DNA from: Candidatus Pacearchaeota archaeon
GTDB lineage: Archaea; Nanobdellota; Nanobdellia; Pacearchaeales; UBA284
Direction: 5' to 3'
DNA: 64,000 nucleotides
Assembly: GCA_038886195.1 (NCBI GenBank)
Contig: JAVZYK010000001.1
Location: forward strand, 240,168 to 304,167
The notes under the pieces are model-generated. The model was not told the DNA's origin, did not search any database, and saw nothing but the letters and a program-made list of their open reading frames with translations. The translations under genes and the position numbers were made by a program. Of the stretch, positions 47,732 to 55,032 are shown piece by piece; the stretch's first letter is position 1; every line of letters starts with the position of its first letter.

Positions 47732-48535
47732 ATGGGTGAGTCGATAGGAATTTTGTCGATAAAAGGTGGTGTTGGTAAGACAACTACAGCAGTAGCTTTA
47801 GGAGCTGCGCTCGCGCAAAGGAATAAAAATGTCTTGCTTGTTGATGGAAATTTTTCTGCTCCCAATCTTGCTTTGCATCTAGGTATTGTTAAGCCAGAGA
47901 TAGGACTTTATGATGTGTTACAAGGCAAGGCCAATGCTCTTGGTGCAATAATTCAAACAGATTATGGTTTTGATATTATTGCTAATAAACTGGCTTTTAA
48001 AAAAGTATTTTATCCTGATTATTTAAAACTTAAAGAAAAAATACAACACTTAAAACATCACTATGATATTATTTTAATTGATAGCTCTCCTAGTTTAGAT
48101 CATGAAACTTTGGCTGCAATGATGGCAAGCGATAAGATTTTAATTGTAACAACGCCAGATCATGCCACTCTTTCTTGTACTTTGCATGCTGTCAAAGTAG
48201 CCAAGCAAAAAAAAGTGCCTATAATTGGGTTGATTTTAAATAAAGTATATGGAAAAAAATTTGAATTAAGTCTAGAACAAATAGAAGAAATAACTGGCGT
48301 GCCGGTCTTGGCCGTAATTCCTCATGAACTAACAATTCCAGAAGCACTATCGGAGCTGAGGCCAACAACACAAGGTAAAGAAACTGATGCTACAGTCGAA
48401 TATAAAAAATTGGCCGCTTTCCTTGTTGGTGAGAGTTATAAAGATCGGCGATTCAAAACAAGATTGAGAAACTTATTTTCGAGCAAAATTCCTAAACAGG
48501 AAATAAACAGACAACAACCAATTAGAAATTTTTAA
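47732..48535 (+). CDS. MinD/ParA-family P-loop ATPase
   Basis: Deviant Walker A SIKGGVGKTTTAVALG, LLVDGN, and Walker B ILIDSSPS. 267 aa. Confidence 0.8.
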   Translation: MGESIGILSIKGGVGKTTTAVALGAALAQRNKNVLLVDGNFSAPNLALHLGIVKPEIGLYDVLQGKANALGAIIQTDYGFDIIANKLAFKKVFYPDYLKLKEKIQHLKHHYDIILIDSSPSLDHETLAAMMASDKILIVTTPDHATLSCTLHAVKVAKQKKVPIIGLILNKVYGKKFELSLEQIEEITGVPVLAVIPHELTIPEALSELRPTTQGKETDATVEYKKLAAFLVGESYKDRRFKTRLRNLFSSKIPKQEINRQQPIRNF

Positions 48536-48537
48536 TT

Positions 48538-49341
48538 CTACGTTTTATAAATAACAAATTTTGAGCCGGCATAACTAGATATGATTGCTGTTATAGCAAT
48601 GTTTCCTATTTGTGTCTTGAAAATTGGTTCTGATATTGGCTGATTTGTTCTGTCCGCAAATTTTTTAATAATTGTTTTAATTTCGTCTTCTGTTAATGTG
48701 ACAACAGTTTCTTGAATTTTGCCTTCTTTTTTTATCTTTATAGGTAAATTTGCTCCATCACACTGAATCATATTAACAGAAGCATCCTGGATAAATGTAT
48801 TTAATTTATCTAAATCTATAATTGGAGATAGTCCTGGCTTTTGCGTTAATGGAATTTTTGTTATTTTAGGTTTAGGGGGTGGCGGTAAAGGCCATGCTGG
48901 TGTTAATTTTGGAGGTTTTGGTAAAGGCGGTAATGGTCTTTGGTATATGGGCGCTACTGGAGCTGGAATTGACGGAACTTCGATTAAAGTTGGAGTTGGC
49001 TTAGGCGCTGGTATTTTTTCTTTCTCTATTTTTTCTTCCCTTGGCTTTTCTTCTGGCAAAGCCATTGCCTCGCCTTCTAAAGAAATCTCTTTTAGTTTGG
49101 TTTTTGCCATCGCCATTGCTTTTTTCCCTTCTTCTCTTATACTAGGCCGCAATTTCTTTTCAATCAACGCTTCTTTTTCAGCAGTTTTTGCTTTTTTTAT
49201 TTTTGCTTTTTCTTTCAACTCTGTTTTAGTATTTTCTTCTTCCTTTAATTTTTCTTTCTCTATTTTTTCTTTAATTTCTATTGCTTTTTCAGCAAAAGCT
49301 TTAAGAAATTCTTTTTCATAATTAGATAATTTCTTGGGCAT
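48538..49341 (-). CDS. coiled-coil / proline-rich protein ending in a secretion-ATPase (GspE/FlaI/VirB11-type) N-terminal domain, with no ATPase core
   Basis: The C-terminal about 95 aa FIQDASVNMIQCDGANLPIKIKKEGKIQETVVTLTEDEIKTIIKKFADRTNQPISEPIFKTQIGNIAITAIISSYAGSKFVIYKT parallel the domain that precedes Walker A in T2SS/T4P/archaellum ATPases. The ORF stops there. Confidence 0.5.
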   Translation of the reverse strand: MPKKLSNYEKEFLKAFAEKAIEIKEKIEKEKLKEEENTKTELKEKAKIKKAKTAEKEALIEKKLRPSIREEGKKAMAMAKTKLKEISLEGEAMALPEEKPREEKIEKEKIPAPKPTPTLIEVPSIPAPVAPIYQRPLPPLPKPPKLTPAWPLPPPPKPKITKIPLTQKPGLSPIIDLDKLNTFIQDASVNMIQCDGANLPIKIKKEGKIQETVVTLTEDEIKTIIKKFADRTNQPISEPIFKTQIGNIAITAIISSYAGSKFVIYKT

Positions 49342-49365
49342 TTGAATTTTTGTTAAATTTAAAAA

Positions 49366-49779
49366 TTAAAAATTAAACTCTGGCAAAGGCTGTGGTTTGT
49401 ACTCAGACATCTCTTCTTCTTCAACTGGTTTTTTTCTGAGTGTTTTTATTGGCCTTGTTGTTCCAACACCTGTGCTTTTTGTTTCTTTCTCTCGAACTGC
49501 TTTCTCCAATAAAAGCAAGCCCTTAGCTATGGTTTTATTTTGTTCTATTAAAGAGTCAATCTTATTTATGAGCTCTTGAGGAATAGTTCCTGAAACAGCT
49601 TCTCCTTTTTCTTTAGCTTCTTTAAATGCTAAACTAGCTTCTTCAAAAATTGATAAAATATCAGAAACTTTTTTATTAAGGGCTTTAAGTTCTGCGGCCA
49701 AATTTGTTAAAGTTTTTTGTAAAGCGATTGTATTTTCAAGCAACAATTCAGTAGTCTTTTTCGCCTCTTTTTTTTCCAT
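49366..49779 (-). CDS. hypothetical coiled-coil protein (137 aa)
   Basis: Intact ORF upstream of, and co-oriented with, 48538..49341. Helical heptad-like sequence. Confidence 0.45.
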   Translation of the reverse strand: MEKKEAKKTTELLLENTIALQKTLTNLAAELKALNKKVSDILSIFEEASLAFKEAKEKGEAVSGTIPQELINKIDSLIEQNKTIAKGLLLLEKAVREKETKSTGVGTTRPIKTLRKKPVEEEEMSEYKPQPLPEFNF

Positions 49780-49858
49780 ATTTTCTTGAAAGCAAAGAAT
49801 ATTTAAAAATATTTGCTTGAAGAAATATTTTTAAGGTTATTTATTATTAATAATTTGT

Positions 49859-50002
49859 GCGGGAGTGCCGGAGTGGTCAAACGGGCAGGAATCTTTTGGC
49901 TAACAAAAGATTGCCAAACTCAGATTGCTAAACTTAAGATCACTCCAACATAAGAAATCCTGTGGCTTAGTGCCTGCGAAGGTTCGATCCCTTCCTCCCG
50001 CA
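49859..50002 (+). tRNA. class II tRNA (Leu-like) with 60 extra nt in the anticodon region
   Basis: GCGGGAG-UG-CCG-GAGUGGUCAAA-CGG-G-CAGGA-[67 nt]-UCCUG-[variable arm UGGCUUAGUGCCUGC]-GAAGG-UUCGAUC-CCUUC-CUCCCGC-A. The 67 nt contain CUUAAGA (49933-49939), the usual tRNA-Leu(UAA) loop. Confidence 0.7.
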
Positions 50003-50150
50003 TACTAAATATTAAATTTCAAAGGATTTCTAACGACACCAATTGCTATAATACCAAGCAACTTTTGCAGAAGATTATTGCAATAGTTTCAGCAGTTAGA
50101 TTTGATATATTAATAGACTATGCTACACATTAATAAGAAAATTAGCAATC

Positions 50151-50157
50151 TTTAAAA
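50151..50157 (+). promoter_or_regulatory. TATA-box-like element upstream of the SRP RNA
   Basis: tttaaaa located 21-27 nt upstream of the predicted SRP RNA 5' end (50178). Confidence 0.3.
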
Positions 50158-50177
50158 GTTCTAAAAGCTTTAAAATT

Positions 50178-50443
50178 GTGGCAGGTTAGGCTGGCGTGCT
50201 AGCCCTACGCCGTTCGCAAATGGGCTTTATGGCGAGCTGCAAGAGGGCAAGTCATATACTTATTAACAAGTCCTAACTTGGACGTTGACGTCTTGTCCTG
50301 CTTGATCTTGCCATAATGAACCGGGTCAGTCTCGGAAGAGGGCAGCCCTAAATTATGGTTAAGGTGCTTGCAGGGTTACAAGGCTGAGAAAAAGTTAGGG
50401 AAGCTTGTTAATAAGTATAGAAGCAAGCCCTCGAACCTGCCAC
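50178..50443 (+). ncRNA. signal recognition particle RNA (archaeal 7S-type)
   Basis: The termini pair (GUGGCAGGUU / AACCUGCCAC). A long helix 5 is visible (GAGGGCAAG..UAUACUUAUUAACAAG / CUUGUUAAUAAGUAUA..GCCCUC). The helix 8 core GGGUCAGUCUCGGAAGAGGGCAGCC matches the universal GGUCAGGUCCGGAAGGAAGCAGCC motif. Confidence 0.85.
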
Positions 50444-50479
50444 TTAAAGAATAAAAAGAAAAAGAGGGAAATTAGAAAG

Positions 50480-50992
50480 ATGAATAATAAAAAAGCGCAA
50501 TTTTTCATTATGGGTTCGGTTATTCTAGGAATAATAATTCTAAACATAGCAACAGTATGGAACTATTCTTTGAAAAAAGATCTTACAGAAAAAAAGTTTA
50601 GAACTTTATGTCAAAATTATAAGAATGAAATTTTTGAAATAAGTAAACAAGTTGTAGAATCTGGAAACAAAAATGAAGAACAAGATGCTATTTTAGAATT
50701 CACTATGCAATTTTTACAATACATTAAAACAAATGAACCAAATTTTAAACTTATTTATGTTTACGGAAATAGTTCAAATATTGTAGTTTTTAACTATACA
50801 CAAATGCAATTAACAACGATTCCTAAAGTTAATTGGCAAACAGCGAATGGTTATTATATAGGCTATGGTGCTGGTGATTGGATGAACATATCTAATACAA
50901 AAATAAATAAAAGCTATCGTATTTATCAAGATGAAAGATTTTATTTTATAGCATTTGAAGAAAAGGAAGGTGAATTTTATATATGCGAATGA
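50480..50992 (+). CDS. archaeal pilin-like protein (class III signal peptide)
   Basis: Start moved to ATG 50480 because the ORF-track start 50405 lies inside the SRP RNA. N-terminus MNNKKAQ-FFIMGSVILGIIILNIA. Confidence 0.5.
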   Translation: MNNKKAQFFIMGSVILGIIILNIATVWNYSLKKDLTEKKFRTLCQNYKNEIFEISKQVVESGNKNEEQDAILEFTMQFLQYIKTNEPNFKLIYVYGNSSNIVVFNYTQMQLTTIPKVNWQTANGYYIGYGAGDWMNISNTKINKSYRIYQDERFYFIAFEEKEGEFYICE

Positions 50993-51003
50993 ATTAATTT
51001 AAG

Positions 51004-51528
51004 ATGTCAGTAAGTAAAAAAATTTTAAACAAAAAAAGCAAAATAAATAAAAAAGCAATAAGCGAACTTGTATCTTATGTTTTGCTTATTGTTTTAGCGA
51101 TTGCTATGGCTGCCGTAGCATATGTTTTTTTGAAGCCTTACGCTGAAAAGCCATTGCCAGAAGAGGAATGTCCAGAAGCTGTAAATGTTGTTTTAGAAAA
51201 TTATAGTTGTAATAATAAAATGTTTAGTTTTACCTTAAAAAATCGTGGCTTATTTGATGTATATGGTATAAAGTTAAAGATTATTAACAATAGTGAAGGC
51301 TTACAATATGATTTTTGGTTATATTTGCCTGATTGTGGAGGAATACAAAAATGTAATGATTGTAATGAAGATTGTTTAAAAGTAGAAACTGATCTCAAAG
51401 GAGATTTGGATTATAGCAATTTTAATAAAATTAATGAGCTAGTAATTTATCCAATAAAGGTCATTAATAACAATTTTTATATCTGTAGTAATGCTGTAAT
51501 TAAAGTTCCTTTAGAAGGTTGTAATTAA
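51004..51528 (+). CDS. archaeal pilin-like protein (class III signal peptide)
   Basis: ...KINKKA-ISELVSYVLLIVLAIAMAAVAYVFL, followed by a Cys-containing beta-rich domain. Confidence 0.55.
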   Translation: MSVSKKILNKKSKINKKAISELVSYVLLIVLAIAMAAVAYVFLKPYAEKPLPEEECPEAVNVVLENYSCNNKMFSFTLKNRGLFDVYGIKLKIINNSEGLQYDFWLYLPDCGGIQKCNDCNEDCLKVETDLKGDLDYSNFNKINELVIYPIKVINNNFYICSNAVIKVPLEGCN

Positions 51529-51567
51529 TAAAGCAAAATATTTAAATTCATTTAACAATATAATAGA

Positions 51568-51996
51568 ATGAAAAATGTATTGTGGAATAAAAGAGGAATA
51601 TCTCCAGTTATTGCTACAGTTTTGTTAATAGTCGTTGCAATTGCGCTTTTTTTATTAATATTTTTATGGCTAAAAGGATTTCAAAAGGAAGTTATAACAA
51701 AGTACAATGTTCCCATTGAAACTGCTTGTATGAATTTGAGATATGATGTTATAAAAAGTGGCAACACAATACAAGTTAGCAATCTAGGAAGTACAACCAT
51801 TTATAAGATGAAAGTTTATGTTGATGGAAGTTTAAAGGCCACTATAACAAACCCCATATATCCTTCAGAATCTAGTCAAACCACTATTGGAAGTTGCAAT
51901 AAAGTAAAAGCAATACCTGTTTTGGCGGGCACAACAAAATCTGGCACACAAAGAGAATATGTTTGTGAAAAACAAGCCAAAACAATTAATTGCTAA
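51568..51996 (+). CDS. archaeal type IV pilin (DUF361-type N-terminus)
   Basis: MKNVLWNKRG-ISPVIATVLLIVVAIALFLLIF is the canonical archaeal pilin N-terminal motif. Confidence 0.72.
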   Translation: MKNVLWNKRGISPVIATVLLIVVAIALFLLIFLWLKGFQKEVITKYNVPIETACMNLRYDVIKSGNTIQVSNLGSTTIYKMKVYVDGSLKATITNPIYPSESSQTTIGSCNKVKAIPVLAGTTKSGTQREYVCEKQAKTINC

Positions 51997-52054
51997 TAAA
52001 GTATTATGCTCTTTAAATTAAATTATAAAGAGGTAAAAGCCAAAAAAAGAGAAA

Positions 52055-52558
52055 ATGAAAAATAAAAAAGCTATAGAACCAGTTGTTGCTACAGTTTTAC
52101 TAATAGTTATTACAATTGCAGCAGTTGCTTTGATAATTGCTTTTGTGGTGCCTTTTATACAACAACAACTTGGAGCAAGTGGTGTGTGCTATAAAGCACA
52201 AGGAATTCAAATAGATTCAGAAGCAACTTGTCACAACGAAACGCATTTGATTTTAAAAGTTGTATGGAATGGTAATGAAGCTTTAAATTTAACAAAAATA
52301 AGATTGTCTGCAAGCACTGCTACTGAAACAAAAACATTAACAATGCCTTTAAGTACCCCTTCAGGTAGCTTTTCGATACCTAAAAACCCTGGAGAAGAAG
52401 TTACTTGGACAATAGCTACAACGCAATTTGGATTTGGCGGAGGAAGTGATGGAGCAAGAGCAAACTATACGAGTGTTTCTATAGCGCCAGTAATAAAACC
52501 AGCAAAAGGAAATGAAATAACTTGCGACATAAGAAGCATTGCTGTGGAACGTTGTTAA
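52055..52558 (+). CDS. archaeal type IV pilin (DUF361-type N-terminus)
   Basis: MKNKKA-IEPVVATVLLIVITIAAVALIIAF. Confidence 0.72.
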   Translation: MKNKKAIEPVVATVLLIVITIAAVALIIAFVVPFIQQQLGASGVCYKAQGIQIDSEATCHNETHLILKVVWNGNEALNLTKIRLSASTATETKTLTMPLSTPSGSFSIPKNPGEEVTWTIATTQFGFGGGSDGARANYTSVSIAPVIKPAKGNEITCDIRSIAVERC

Positions 52559-52592
52559 ACTTTTTTATATTTTTATATTTTTGAATAAAAAA

Positions 52593-53108
52593 ATGGAAAA
52601 AGGAGCTATTTGGGTTTCTACTGTTTTGTATATTTTAATTAGTCTTGCGATAATTGGAATGGTTATTGCTGCTGTTACACCAAGAATTAACAGTGCCAGA
52701 GACAAAGCCACAATAGAACAAAGCATAATTATGCTTAACGAATTAGATTCTACGATACAAAAGGCGAGTCAAGTGCAGGGAACAAAATTAAAACAAGAAT
52801 TTAAAATGTCGAGAGGATTTTTAATTATAGATTCTATAAATGAAAAAATAACTTGGCAGCTTAACAATTCGGCTTATCAATATAGTGAAGAAGGAGTATT
52901 AATTAATGTAGGAAATATAGAAGCAAAAACTATTAAAGCTGCAAACGGTTGGAATGTTGCTTTGACTCTAAATTATGGAAATGCCAATATAAATCTAACT
53001 TCGGAAATTAAAATGTTACAGCCAGCAGAAATTCCTTATAAATTGTGGATAGAAAATGTTGGTTTAGATAATACGAATAAAATAATTCTTAATATAACTT
53101 CTAGTTAA
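52593..53108 (+). CDS. archaeal pilin-like protein
   Basis: The ATG at 52593 gives MEKGA-IWVSTVLYILISLAIIGMVIAAV. The ORF-track start 52539 overlaps the previous gene and adds a non-signal-like extension. Confidence 0.5.
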   Translation: MEKGAIWVSTVLYILISLAIIGMVIAAVTPRINSARDKATIEQSIIMLNELDSTIQKASQVQGTKLKQEFKMSRGFLIIDSINEKITWQLNNSAYQYSEEGVLINVGNIEAKTIKAANGWNVALTLNYGNANINLTSEIKMLQPAEIPYKLWIENVGLDNTNKIILNITSS

Positions 53109-53174
53109 ATTTCCAGTTTATTTTAGAAATCTATTCTTAGAAATCTTTAAATATTCTTTTTATTTTTTCTTCTT

Positions 53175-54443
53175 ATGCTTGATATTAAATTAATTAGGGA
53201 AAATCCAAAAGAGGTAAAAGAAAGTTTGAAAAAAAGGGGCCTTGATTTTAAAGATGTCGATTTACTTCTTGAACTTGATAAGAAATGGCGCGATTTGAAA
53301 AAAGAAGTAGAATCATTAAGAGCTGAAAGAAATAAAATTAGTGAAAAGATCAATGAAGCTAAGAAACAAGGGAAAAAAATTGACGATCTAATTTTGCATG
53401 CAAAAGAGCTTCCGAAAAAGATAGAAAAAAGGGAAAAAGAGCTTATAGAGATTGAAAATAAACGTGAAGAATTGTTAGAAAAATTGCCTAATTTAGTTGA
53501 TAAAAGCGTTCCTGTAGGTTCGGCTGAAAAGAATAAAGTTTTAAAAGTTATTGGCAAGATTCCAAAATTTACATTTGAACCAAAAGGGCATGAAGAATTA
53601 CTTATTGGTTTAGATTGTCTTGATATTGAAAGAGCGGCAAAAGTGGCTGGAGCGAGATTTTATTATTTAAAAAGAGAATTGGTAAAATTAAATCAGGCTC
53701 TTATAAACTATGCTCTTGATTTTTTAGCGAAAAAAGGATTTATTCTTATACAGCCACCTTATATGTTGAGGCGAGATGCATTAAAAGGCGCCATTAATTT
53801 ATCTGCTTTTGAAGAAATGATTTACAAAATAGAAAATGAAGATTTGTATCTTATAGGAACGGCCGAACATGCATTAAATGCCTATTATATGAATGAAACC
53901 TTACAAGTAAAAGATTTGCCAATAAGATTTGCTGGAATTTCTCCTTGTTTCAGAAAAGAAGCTGGCGCTCACGGTAAAGATACTAAAGGAATATTTAGAA
54001 TTCATCAATTTGAAAAAGTAGAACAGTTTGTTTTTTGCAAGCCAGAACAAGCATCGAAAGAATTTGATTTAATATTGAAAAATTCTATTGAATTATATAA
54101 AGGTTTAGGAATTCCTTTTAGAGTCGTTTTGCTAGCTTCTGAAGATCTAGGAAGAACTTCGGCGAAAACTGTTGATTTGGAAGGATGGTTCCCTGGTCAA
54201 AATGCTTATAGAGAACTCGGTTCTTGTTCTAATTGTCTTGACTATCAAGCAAGAAGAAGCAACATCAAATACGAAGAAAAAGGTGAAAGAAAATATGTTT
54301 ACACTTTAAATAACACGGCCATAGCAACAGAAAGAATGTTGACTTGTTTAGTAGAAAATTATCAACAAAAAGATGGTTCAATAAGAATTCCTAAAGTATT
54401 ACAAAAATATTGTGGATTTAAAATAATCAAATTTTTAAATTAA
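53175..54443 (+). CDS. serS: seryl-tRNA synthetase
   Basis: 422 aa. MLDIKLIRENP, an N-terminal coiled-coil arm, and class II motifs (FAGISPCFRKEAG, IFRIHQFEKVEQF, TLNNTAIATERML). Confidence 0.92.
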   Translation: MLDIKLIRENPKEVKESLKKRGLDFKDVDLLLELDKKWRDLKKEVESLRAERNKISEKINEAKKQGKKIDDLILHAKELPKKIEKREKELIEIENKREELLEKLPNLVDKSVPVGSAEKNKVLKVIGKIPKFTFEPKGHEELLIGLDCLDIERAAKVAGARFYYLKRELVKLNQALINYALDFLAKKGFILIQPPYMLRRDALKGAINLSAFEEMIYKIENEDLYLIGTAEHALNAYYMNETLQVKDLPIRFAGISPCFRKEAGAHGKDTKGIFRIHQFEKVEQFVFCKPEQASKEFDLILKNSIELYKGLGIPFRVVLLASEDLGRTSAKTVDLEGWFPGQNAYRELGSCSNCLDYQARRSNIKYEEKGERKYVYTLNNTAIATERMLTCLVENYQQKDGSIRIPKVLQKYCGFKIIKFLN

Positions 54444-54461
54444 AAACATTAAAAATTGAAA

Positions 54462-54467
54462 GGAGGT
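54462..54467 (+). promoter_or_regulatory. Shine-Dalgarno-like site (GGAGGT)
   Basis: ggaggt lies 4 nt upstream of the ATG at 54472. Confidence 0.45.
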
Positions 54468-54471
54468 AAAA

Positions 54472-54924
54472 ATGATTTACGATAAATTAGTAGGGAGTTA
54501 CAAAGAAATTTTAGAAGCTGCTTTTGGTGCTAGCGCTTTAGCGATGATAGGAACCTTATTAGTTATTTTTATAATTGTGGCTTTAGCAGTTTATGTTTAT
54601 ACGGCTTGGGCATGGATGACGATAGGCAACAAGTTAAAATACAAAAAATCTTGGTTAGCCTGGATACCTATAGCAAACATTGCAATGATTTTACAATTGG
54701 GCGGCTTTCATTGGGCGTGGGTTTTTCTAGTAGTTGTTCCAATAGCAGGATGGATCGCTTTGGCAGTTTTAACAATTATAGCTACATGGCACATTTATGA
54801 AAAAAGAGACTATCCTGGATGGTTAAGTTTGATTCAAATAGGTAATTTCATACCTTTTATAAGTTGGATTGCTGGAATAGCGAATTTAGTTATCTTAGGA
54901 CTAGTTGCTTGGCTTGATAGATAA
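54472..54924 (+). CDS. small polytopic membrane protein
   Basis: 150 aa with four hydrophobic helices and a WLAWIPIANIAMILQLGG...VVVPIAGWI pattern. Confidence 0.5.
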   Translation: MIYDKLVGSYKEILEAAFGASALAMIGTLLVIFIIVALAVYVYTAWAWMTIGNKLKYKKSWLAWIPIANIAMILQLGGFHWAWVFLVVVPIAGWIALAVLTIIATWHIYEKRDYPGWLSLIQIGNFIPFISWIAGIANLVILGLVAWLDR

Positions 54925-55032
54925 TTTTTATTTTATTTCTTTTTTTATTTACCATTATCAAATTACACCAAAATAGTAAATTTTATATATTGCCATTCTT
55001 TATAAATAAAAAACACAAATAAAACAAATAAA

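Noticed and set aside
48947-49321. 124-aa plus-strand ORF inside 48538..49341, and similar shadow ORFs at 12914..13309, 60582..61097, 61773..62099, 27283..27678, 20689..20988 and 14393..14731
   Set aside because: All lie antisense or out of frame within better-supported genes. They consist of low-complexity F/S/L/I-rich sequence generated by K/E-rich or AT-rich coding on the other strand.
49780-49858. Imperfect palindrome AAGCAAA(GA)ATATTT-AAA-AATATTTGCTT between ORF 49366..49779 and tRNA-Leu
   Set aside because: It is short, imperfect and almost pure A/T in a divergent promoter region. It cannot be distinguished from overlapping TATA-like sequence by eye.
50405-50479. N-terminal extension of the first pilin-like ORF (TTG start)
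   Set aside because: It overlaps the 3' part of the SRP RNA and adds a non-signal-like peptide. The ATG at 50480 gives a proper class III-type N-terminus.
53147-53557. 136-aa ORF antisense to the 5' part of serS
   Set aside because: Its sequence is S/F/L-rich and low-complexity. The opposite strand encodes a SerRS with all class II motifs, so this is the typical shadow ORF of an AT-rich, purine-skewed coding strand.
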